Part shown: piece by piece, positions 17,248 through 26,100 of the stretch | Position numbering within the stretch: the stretch's first letter is position 1 | Layout of the letters: each line of letters opens with the position of its first letter | IMG/VR virus record: IMGVR_UViG_3300020365_000101 | Location: 1-27,779 of that record | Origin: a virus | Lineage: Duplodnaviria > Caudoviricetes | Strand: one strand, 5' to 3' | Length of the DNA stretch: 27,779 bases | Translations under genes and position numbers: made by a program | Notes under the pieces: model-generated | The model's database searches: none | Seen by the model: only the letters and a program-made list of their open reading frames with translations | What the model was told of the DNA's origin: nothing

Positions 17248-17594
17248 TGGCGAGGTTTACAGCTATACCAGCAGTTCCCCAAGGTGGGATTACAGATTGG
17301 CAGAGTGTACTTATCAGCTCTGTTAAGGAAAACGTTGAGCTTCTTACAGGACTTCGTGGAGAAGCTGACCTTGCTAGTAAAGCTATTACCAAAGGCCAAA
17401 TAACTTTACTTGAGATGCCCGATCAAAACATGAGGCAAATATCTTCTAAAGGTACAGGCTTTACAATCAGCGGCCAACAGGTTGCTGGACTTGACGACTA
17501 TGGTTTGTTAATAACAGATGTACAAACTTTAGCAAACGACCTTGCGTATACTAGAGCTGTAGTAAACGCGTTAATTAACCAGCTTAAAGGATGA
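17247..17594 (+). CDS. Small virion protein following the nozzle
   Basis: GAGGA RBS and TAATG coupling; 'KENVELLTG.RG' motif and C-terminal coiled coil. Confidence 0.7.
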   Translation: MARFTAIPAVPQGGITDWQSVLISSVKENVELLTGLRGEADLASKAITKGQITLLEMPDQNMRQISSKGTGFTISGQQVAGLDDYGLLITDVQTLANDLAYTRAVVNALINQLKG

Positions 17595-17600
17595 TGTGAC

Positions 17601-18458
17601 ATGGCTATGAGACCTACAACACCACCCGCAGGCATGGCACCTGTTCCTGTCATGGCTGGCGGCGCAACCCCTGCAGCAGTACCAACTACTGTTTCTATGG
17701 ATTTACCAGCGAGTATTCAGCAACTTATTGCTGCACCTTCTCCTGCTGTAAACGAACAAGCTGTAGGAACTATACCTACAGGTACAGCAAACACAAACCC
17801 ACAGGTTCCAGTTCTTGATTTCCGTATGCAGCCTTCTTACGAGGAAGGCGGCTTGATCGGCCCTAGTGGTATGCCAGCCCCTACAGGCGTAGGATTACAG
17901 ACTCAGGCACCTCAACAGATGAACTCACAGATGGCTGACATGCAGATCAATGACATGCTCAGCAAAAACCCTGAAGTTGTAGCCCGTATTCGTGCTGCTA
18001 TCGAAGCAGGTTTGCAATCAGGTGAACTATCACAACAGGAACTACAGATGGCCACGCAGCTTGCGCAGGTTGCATTGCAGAACCCACAGATGTACCCGCA
18101 GCTCCGTCAGTTTGCTATTGATCGCGGACTGGCTGGGCCTAATGACCTGCCTATGGAATATGACCAAGGTTTAGTTATTGCACTTGTTACTGCAGCAAAA
18201 GCTATGCAGGCCGATGTACAGATCGAAGGCGGACAGCCAATGCCGCAACAGCCTCCAATGCAAGAGATGGAGTTTGGCGGAATGGTTTACGGCCCCTCAC
18301 ATGACGATGGCGGTGTTCGTGTAAAGATGAAACACGGCGGTGAAATCGAAGTAGAAGGTGGCGAGTACGTTATCCCTAAGGATATTGTAGCCCGTAAAGG
18401 CACAGAGTTTTTTGATAAACTAATTGGTAAAGATACTAAAAAGACAGATATGGCATGA
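17601..18458 (+). CDS. P/Q/M-rich putative internal virion protein with C-terminal GPSH..GG...EGGEYVIP domain
   Basis: Low-complexity N-terminus, helical middle, repeated [YM]xxGGx[IV] motifs. Confidence 0.7.
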   Translation: MAMRPTTPPAGMAPVPVMAGGATPAAVPTTVSMDLPASIQQLIAAPSPAVNEQAVGTIPTGTANTNPQVPVLDFRMQPSYEEGGLIGPSGMPAPTGVGLQTQAPQQMNSQMADMQINDMLSKNPEVVARIRAAIEAGLQSGELSQQELQMATQLAQVALQNPQMYPQLRQFAIDRGLAGPNDLPMEYDQGLVIALVTAAKAMQADVQIEGGQPMPQQPPMQEMEFGGMVYGPSHDDGGVRVKMKHGGEIEVEGGEYVIPKDIVARKGTEFFDKLIGKDTKKTDMA

Positions 18459-18943
18459 GCTTACAAGTAGTAGAAAAACAAAAATCGGAGAGTCTCGCAC
18501 CCAAAAAGTACGAGGCTATTCTGCTATCTACGCAAGAGGCTTATGATAAGTACTGGGCGCAGTGCATACCCCACCTACAGAAGTGTATAGAAGGTATGCA
18601 CGGTGAGCTTACTGTCGAAGATATATACACCAGAGCATTGCAAGGTCAGATGTTTGTCCTTGTGGCTAAGAACGACGACACGGAAGTGCCTGAGGTAAAG
18701 TTAGTTCTGGTTATGGAATTGGTGTACTACCCACAGTACACCACAATGAACGTGGTTGCGATGGGCGGCAAAGACTTACGCCACCTTATCAAGCTGTTCT
18801 GGAAAGACGTTTGTGGGTGGGCGCGAATTTGCGGCGTCAAAAAAATTGAATGTTCAGTAGCACCAGCTATGGAGCGCATCCTGCTAAGTACTGGTTTTGA
18901 ACGCAAATATGTCCAGTTACAACAGGATTTAATGGAGGTCTAA
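18455..18943 (+). CDS. GNAT-fold-like protein (P22 gp14 / T7 gp13 position)
   Basis: 'NVVAMGGK....WARICGVKKIEC....AMERIL...GF' resembles the GNAT C-terminal half; directly precedes the first ejection protein. Confidence 0.6.
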   Translation: MSLQVVEKQKSESLAPKKYEAILLSTQEAYDKYWAQCIPHLQKCIEGMHGELTVEDIYTRALQGQMFVLVAKNDDTEVPEVKLVLVMELVYYPQYTTMNVVAMGGKDLRHLIKLFWKDVCGWARICGVKKIECSVAPAMERILLSTGFERKYVQLQQDLMEV

Positions 18944-18944
18944 A

Positions 18945-20513
18945 ATGACAACTATCGCTATAAACCCGATGGTAGTATCCGTTAGCCCAAGTGCCGATGC
19001 TACCATTACTCGTATTCAACCCACTATGCACGGCGGAGGCGGCGGCATTAAGAAAGTTATTGCGGTTGTTGCCGCAGTTGCCATTCCTATTGCAGCCCCG
19101 ACTATTGCAGCGTCTATCGGACTTTCAGGTGCGATTGGTGCCGCGATTGGTACCTCAGCTGCTGCAGGTGTAGCAGGTGCTACTATAGGTTCCGCCATTG
19201 TAGGCGCAGGACTTGGAGCTATTTCTGCTAAAGTAACAGGCCAAGACGTAAGACGCGGCGCTATTATGGGCGGTCTTAGTGGCGGTATCGCAGGATACTT
19301 TAGAGGAGCACCTCAGACTCAGACTACATCCAGCGGTGCTCTTTCCGAAGGGCAATCATCTCTTACAGGTATGGAAGGCGGCACTAGCGCTACAGGCACC
19401 AGCCAGTTAGGTTCGCAAGCCTCAGGGAATATTGGCCCTGGCGATCCTACTACTTTTAACGCTGAGACCTTGGCAGAAGCAACAGCTGGTGGTGATCAAT
19501 CACTTATTCAAGCTAGCTACTCAACACAAGGGCAGAATCTAGGTGCGCAGCTATCTAACACTACCAACCCAAATTTAGTACAAACTAACCTTGGTGGCGC
19601 ACAGAATCTAGCACAAGGTGGTGCAAATCTACAAGGTGCAGTAGCAGGCTCACAGACAGCCCCTACAGCGCTGAGCCAACTTGGCCCTAACGCTAGCTTT
19701 GGCGAAAAATTTGTAGCTACTATGAAAGACAGCGGCTCTGCTTTAGCTAGTAAGTTTACTGATCCTGAGGCTCTTGCCAACGTTACCATGCAGGCCGGTG
19801 GTCAGCTACTTGGTACTGTGCTAGCACCAGATCCAGAAATGCCACCAGAGCAGCGTGAGATGCTTGAGATGCGTAAGCAGGAACTTGCGGAACTTAAAGA
19901 ACGAGACGAAGCAGCATTTAACGCACAGATGGACGCAGCTAAACAGTATTTACAGCAGGCTAAGCAGTATGATCCTACATACATGGCGTTCCAAGCAGCT
20001 AACAAAGAAGCCATTGACCAGCAGCGTAAGCTGCGTGAGCAATACCGTAGGGCAGCTCTTGGTAGGGGTCGTGACATCAGTGAAGCTGAAAAGCGCCGTA
20101 TGAGCCTAGACTCTGCTCGTCAGGTTAGCTCTGAGTATGACCGTGGATTCCAACAGGGTCTGTCAGCTCAGAACAAAGTGACACAAGCTGGCCTGTCTGC
20201 GATACCTAACTCAGCGCAGTTTGCTAACTACACCAACGCACTTCGCAACCTACAAAGCGATGAAGGCAGGCTTGCTGAATACTACGCTGGCAAATCTTCT
20301 AACGCGGCTAAGAATATTTCTGATCTGTTTTCTAACTTTAACACTGAGACAGGCACAGGCGTTCAGTATCAACGGCGCGGCGGGCAGGCTCCCAAAGCTC
20401 CTACGAAAAAGAAGAGCGGCCTTCCTGACTCCGGTATTGAGAAAAAAGGTGGGCTAATAACACCAGAAGATATGGAAGAGTTTTACAAGCCTGACCAGCA
20501 GTATATGGTTTAA
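18945..20513 (+). CDS. DNA ejection/pilot-like protein
   Basis: GGAGGT RBS; long G/A hydrophobic stretch near the N-terminus, S/T/Q/G-rich linker, coiled-coil C-terminal half. Confidence 0.7.
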   Translation: MTTIAINPMVVSVSPSADATITRIQPTMHGGGGGIKKVIAVVAAVAIPIAAPTIAASIGLSGAIGAAIGTSAAAGVAGATIGSAIVGAGLGAISAKVTGQDVRRGAIMGGLSGGIAGYFRGAPQTQTTSSGALSEGQSSLTGMEGGTSATGTSQLGSQASGNIGPGDPTTFNAETLAEATAGGDQSLIQASYSTQGQNLGAQLSNTTNPNLVQTNLGGAQNLAQGGANLQGAVAGSQTAPTALSQLGPNASFGEKFVATMKDSGSALASKFTDPEALANVTMQAGGQLLGTVLAPDPEMPPEQREMLEMRKQELAELKERDEAAFNAQMDAAKQYLQQAKQYDPTYMAFQAANKEAIDQQRKLREQYRRAALGRGRDISEAEKRRMSLDSARQVSSEYDRGFQQGLSAQNKVTQAGLSAIPNSAQFANYTNALRNLQSDEGRLAEYYAGKSSNAAKNISDLFSNFNTETGTGVQYQRRGGQAPKAPTKKKSGLPDSGIEKKGGLITPEDMEEFYKPDQQYMV

Positions 20514-20525
20514 GGAGTAAGTCAG

Positions 20526-23165
20526 ATGGGATTGCTCGGAGATTTTGTAGGTAACACGCTAGGGCTTCAGTCGGGGCAAGAGTATGCTAGTTCCGTTGAG
20601 GCAGCTAGTAGGTTGCGTGCGCTACAGCGTAAGAATCAAGCTATTGCTGATATGCGGGATTTTGCTCAACCGTCGCAGTCAACTCCTATAAGCTCTGTAG
20701 AAGCATTTAACCCTGACGATTCCTCGCTTAACTTTGACAACCTGCAACAGCCAGGATTGCGTGACATTCCCCCACCACCAAAGCCACCTGTTGACCAAGA
20801 AGGCGGCGTGGCACAGGGTATGGATCAAGCGGATGAAGTTACTACTGAGCCTACACCTAAGCGTGATTCAAGTGGTAACATTATTATGGAGCCATCAGCC
20901 GATGGCCGTCTAGGTGACGCACCTACTCTTGATACACCTGATCCATACGAAAACCCAGCAAATGAATTTTCTTTGTTGCCTGATCTTGGGCCAGAGCTTC
21001 CAGACCTAAGCACATACAACAGAGCTGCTCGCGCAGGCGAAGTAGCAAAGCGTAAGAATTTACAGACTTCTCTTACAGACATTATGAAATCTGCAGGCAT
21101 TCGACGTAAAGCAGGTATTGCTGGGCGGAATGTTACAAAGGAGCAAGGCGATGCCTACAAATGGTGGTCTAGCGACGATGCTTTCCGGTTGTTCTACAAC
21201 AATCCAAGGTTGCTTGATGAAGCTAGAAGAGATCCTATCGGATTTGCCAAACGTTATTCAAGTCAGCAGCCTCAAAGAACTCAATCTGATATTGCTGCTA
21301 ATTCTGGAACTCGCACTAAAAAACTTATCGACGGGCGTATCGAGGGTCTAAAGACTCAGATTGATGGCGATAAAGTACAAGAAGTTTATAGAGCCGCCAA
21401 CGAAATTGGTATCGACCCGTTTGCTGCAATCGCAATTTTTGGTATTGAATCTGACTTTGGACGAGCCAAAGGTGTAAGCGCTAAGGGTGCAGTCGGCGGT
21501 ATGCAGGTTATGCCTGAGCAGTTTAACCGCCTAAAGAAATGGTTTGCTGACCCTGCCAACCTTGAGCAAATTAAAAATGCGTTCCGTATGCCTAACGGCG
21601 AAGTAAACATGGCTCGCGTAGAGTACGCAATTCAAACATTTTCTAACATGAAACAGCCTGGGTCTCGTGGCCGTGGCACTCCTAACGCCAACATCTACGC
21701 TGGACTTGCGCAGCTAGTGTACAACAAAGCCATTGGGCTACCCAAGAACCTATGGGGTGCAGGCTATCAAGGTAACGCTAACGAAGTCTTAGCTGCAGGT
21801 CGCCCACTTATGGTGGACGATGGTAACATTAGTAACTCTGATTACAACCGCGCCTATGTCTCACTATACAACCATATCCAACAGACCTATGGCGGAAAGC
21901 TAGCAGAAATACAAACTCCGTATGGTATAGACCTCAACACGATTGCAGGGTCTGGCGTAGGCCAACCTGTTATGACACAGGCAGAAGTACCATCGCAAAA
22001 CAATCAAACTACACAGACCACAGAAAACACTGATGTAAGCACAGCTATGCCTGCTGCAGGTCTTAATACAGGCCAACAGCAAACACAGACAAGCACCAGT
22101 GGCTATGAGATTCGACAAGAAGATGGCCCTGTAGTCTATAAAGACGGTAAGCCCGTAATGCGGTTTGCTGGCGAAGACGGCCAAAAAAGAGCTGAAGATT
22201 ATATTGCAGGTGAAACAGGCACATCCATCTCAAGCCCATCAGTACAGCCTGATGAGAATACTATTACTCGATTCCTTGAGAATCCGCCTGACATTGGCAT
22301 TGAGATGCAGAATCTTCTCAAACAGCGCGAGCTTACAGTAAACTCTATTAACCGTCAGCTACAGCTAACTAATGAAAAGATCAACGCCGCAAATGCAAAA
22401 GCTGCTGAGTATGACAGGTATGCAGAGATTGCACTGGCTAACGGTCAGGTTGCTGATTTTGAAAGGTATAAGGGTCTAGCTCAGACCGAAGTTGATAACG
22501 CTAGAACCCTGCGCGATGAAGCTATTATAGCTAGAGACGGCAAACAGATTGAAATTTTACAGTACGACAACAAGATGCTACTGGTACAGGGTGCACAAGC
22601 ACTGCGTGACCTGTCGTTTGGCTCTACCGCTCGCGCTGGCGCTGTTATGTCTGCCTTCACTGGGCTAGATATTCAGATACAGCCACGATCTGACGGCAAG
22701 TTTGACATCGTTGTACAAGGTAACGTGCAGCAGACACTCACAATGGCGCAGCTGTCAGACAGACTGCAGCGTACATATAGCCAAGCATATAGAGATAGCC
22801 AGACCAAAATCCAGACAGAACGTCAAACATATCTGTTTGAAAAGTCTGTCGATCTTGAAGTTAAACTGGCTGAAGAACAGGCAAAATTCATAAACCAAAT
22901 GAAAACAGATCAGCTAAAATATGAAGCTGAAAGATTCCTTGAGAAAATGAAGCAAATGGGCGGTGAGTTTAAAGCTCTGGGTAACGGCATGGCTCTTGTT
23001 CAGCAAGGTGGTCAGTTCTTCTTGGTCAATCCTACTAAGGTAGTTAAAGGCGCAGATGGTAAAGCAGAAGAGCGCTTGGACGTACAGCAGATCCCACTAG
23101 CACAAGCTATGGCGCTACTAAGCAGTGCGTCACAAGGTGAAGATTTCGTAGCCGCGACAGAGTGA
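20526..23165 (+). CDS. Internal virion protein with lytic transglycosylase (SLT-like) domain
   Basis: TAAGGAG RBS; GIDP....AI..IES (catalytic Glu codon 21447-21449), SAKGAVGGMQVMP, later GAGYQG and YV; long C-terminal coiled coils. Confidence 0.82.
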   Translation: MGLLGDFVGNTLGLQSGQEYASSVEAASRLRALQRKNQAIADMRDFAQPSQSTPISSVEAFNPDDSSLNFDNLQQPGLRDIPPPPKPPVDQEGGVAQGMDQADEVTTEPTPKRDSSGNIIMEPSADGRLGDAPTLDTPDPYENPANEFSLLPDLGPELPDLSTYNRAARAGEVAKRKNLQTSLTDIMKSAGIRRKAGIAGRNVTKEQGDAYKWWSSDDAFRLFYNNPRLLDEARRDPIGFAKRYSSQQPQRTQSDIAANSGTRTKKLIDGRIEGLKTQIDGDKVQEVYRAANEIGIDPFAAIAIFGIESDFGRAKGVSAKGAVGGMQVMPEQFNRLKKWFADPANLEQIKNAFRMPNGEVNMARVEYAIQTFSNMKQPGSRGRGTPNANIYAGLAQLVYNKAIGLPKNLWGAGYQGNANEVLAAGRPLMVDDGNISNSDYNRAYVSLYNHIQQTYGGKLAEIQTPYGIDLNTIAGSGVGQPVMTQAEVPSQNNQTTQTTENTDVSTAMPAAGLNTGQQQTQTSTSGYEIRQEDGPVVYKDGKPVMRFAGEDGQKRAEDYIAGETGTSISSPSVQPDENTITRFLENPPDIGIEMQNLLKQRELTVNSINRQLQLTNEKINAANAKAAEYDRYAEIALANGQVADFERYKGLAQTEVDNARTLRDEAIIARDGKQIEILQYDNKMLLVQGAQALRDLSFGSTARAGAVMSAFTGLDIQIQPRSDGKFDIVVQGNVQQTLTMAQLSDRLQRTYSQAYRDSQTKIQTERQTYLFEKSVDLEVKLAEEQAKFINQMKTDQLKYEAERFLEKMKQMGGEFKALGNGMALVQQGGQFFLVNPTKVVKGADGKAEERLDVQQIPLAQAMALLSSASQGEDFVAATE

Positions 23166-23172
23166 GGGTAGT

Positions 23173-26100
23173 ATGGCAAAAGCAGGACTTAAATCTTTCG
23201 GAAGCCCTACACTTAGCGCGATGGATTTGGAGCCACTAGGCAATCCTTACGATGTCGCACCTGACATCGGGATGGGCAACCTCCTAGGTAGAAGGGAAGC
23301 TCTTACTAACGAAGCAGACAGTGTCTTTAATCAGGCTATGTCTCAGTTCTCTATGCCTGAGATGAAACGACCTGCACCTACTGGCCCTAATGTTCTGTTC
23401 GATCCATCAGCTAACAAGATGTTTGTAAACGGGTCGTTGTTTGACCTTGACGACGCTGACGCAGCCGTAAAGTCCAAAGGTTTTTTAACTGGCCCACGCC
23501 AAGAGCCACCGTCAGGCAACTGGCAGCGTGTTACACCTGCTGAATATGGCAGGTACTATAAGTCTATTACTGACCCTACACTTAGCCGTAGATTCTCTGA
23601 GAACGTTGATATTGGTATGGCCAACCTGCGGTCTTTGTTTGGCGCAGGTGCTGTGTTGCTTGGCGCTGACGAATACGGCCTTGGGGTCATGGAGCGTGCA
23701 GATGAAGTTATCCGCAAAAAATCACCGTTTGCAGGTGAAGCTACAGACATCGGCTTTGGAGATGAAGATCTCGGCCCTGTAGAGTGGTTTGTAGGTGTAC
23801 TGGGCGCACAAGGCCCGATGCTTCTTGAGACCATTGCTGCAGCAGGTATAGGTTTTGTCCTAGGTTCTGCCACTGCAGGGCCAGGTTTGGGTTCCGCAGC
23901 AGGTACAGTCGGTGGCCTGTTTGGTAAAACAGCGTTCAAGAAAGCTGTAAAAGAAGCCGCAGAAGAGTATACAAAGATTAAAGCTAAGGACGGCAAGGCA
24001 GCAGCCAAAGCCTTCCTGAAGACTGACAAAGGTAAGACGCTCAAACGTGCGTCAGGTGCCGCAGGTGCCGTTGGCCTTAGCTACACTAACAACTTTGGTA
24101 TTGCATCGTCTGATGTGTACTCAGAGCTATTGGAGTCAGGCGTAGATGTAGACGATTTTAACGCTAAAATGACTGCACTTACAGCTGCAGTGCCATACGC
24201 TGCACTCGATACCATCCCTGAATTTGTTGTAGGTGCTAAGCTTTTTGGTGGGTTGCGTGCAGGATCAAAGGGCGGGCGCTTGCGTCGTGGCGCAACAGGC
24301 GTTGGGGTAGGTGGCGCACTAGAAGGTGTTACAGAAGCAGGCCAAGAAGGCATTATTATGGGTGCAACTAGCGCCTACACTGGACGCGAGTATGAAAGCG
24401 ATGAAGTACTCAACCGTCTGGTCAACTCATTTGCTGCAGGCGCAGCCATCGGTGGTACCATCGGTGGCGTTACTAACCTGAAGAGCAACAAAGAAGCTGA
24501 CCTACTACAAGGCACGCCTACTGAACAAGAAGAAACTCTTTTACTTGAGGATAAGCGGGATGAGAATGAGGCTATAGCAGGCCCTGATGCCCCCGCTGGA
24601 CTTTTAACAGGGCCACCACCTAGGCAGCTTCCAGCGCCCCCTCTAATGATTGAAGACTCAGGCACTATATTTGTAGGCCCAGAACAAACAGCTATTCCAA
24701 TGCCGCCACCGGCTCCACCAACTCCTCCACAGCCTGTGGATAACGTTGTGGAAAGCATTGAGCAAGTTGCACAACAGCAACCTGCAAACCCGCAAGAGCA
24801 ACCTAATCTTATGCAGCAGCGTATGCAAGAAGCTGCTGCACGACAGCGAGAGCAAGAAGCTCAGCAGCAACAACAAGCGCAACAAGCAGCACAAGAGGCT
24901 GAACTGCGCAGACAGGAAGATGAACGCATAGAACGGAATAACCGCGAAGTCGAAAACGCACTGGCTTTACAGCAGGCGCAAAACGAAATCGCGGCTTATG
25001 AGGCGGAGCAGGCTGGCGTGACGCAGCCCGAACTTCCTCCCGTGGCAGCGCCGGTACAGACTAATCTCCCTACTGTACCAGTTCCTCCTGCTCCGCCTCG
25101 CCAGCTAGATCTGTTTCGTGGTCAGGTAAAAGCTCCAAAACCATCGAAAGCAGAACAAAAGGCTATCAACAAAGCTAACCGTCTGCGCCGCAAGCAAGAG
25201 CGTGAGTTCCAGAAAGCGCAAGAAGAAGCGGCACTCCCAATGACTCCAACGGAAGCTCGTGCAGCAGGGCAAGGTATCCTACTTACACAGCGTGGCGAAC
25301 CGTCAGTTGCTGCACTCAAGGCAGCCGGTACTGTAGCGCCAGCCACACCAGAACTTGTTCAGACAACACCTGCTGAAGAAGTTGCAGTTGCGCAACAGCA
25401 AGAAATCAACAGACTTCAGCAACAAGTGCAGGAACTTTCTGCAGCTCGTGCAGAGGAAAGCAGTTCCGCCGCTGAGTATAAAACTACTAAACAGGAGGAG
25501 TTTGACGTTGCTGTGCGCGAAATGCCTGCGCAACTGGCTATGGGTCAGTATTGGCAGAATCAATGGAACGACGCTAATTCTATCTCAGATATAGATAAAG
25601 TTCTTGCCGATATGAAGCAAGTCAGAGAGGAGGTAACACAAAATGTACAAGAGCAAAGCACAGAAAACGTGGATGGAAGCGAACAGGCCAGACCTAGCGA
25701 AGCAGTTCGAAGCGGAAACACCCAAGAACGCGCAGCTGCCGCAGTCGTTGAGTCCGAGAAGCGCCTCAGAGAAGCGGAGGATAGCAAGGCAGCTAGCCGC
25801 CCTGCGGAAACAGAAGCAGCCGTTCGGGAAGATAGCGGTCAACAAGGTGTACAGGAAGATAGCGTACAAGGGGGAACTCAGCTAGACCCAGACTCTGAGC
25901 AAGCCATTGCCGAGGAGCTAACATACCAGTTTGATTTCCAAGAAGCTCTAGGGGAACTGCGTGGTATTGCTGTATCCCTGTTGGATTACGCATACTGGGC
26001 TGCTGCACCTAGTGGCACAAGTAACGCAGCAGATGACTACAGAGCTGCACGGGCCACAGCTAAAGCCTATGTAGATAAAGCGTTTACAGACCCTGAGTAT

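Noticed and set aside
25493-25594. Second intragenic AGGAGG followed by TTG
   Set aside because: It would give only a peptide of about 28 aa from a weak start, and the AGGAGG is explained by Gln-Glu-Glu codons.
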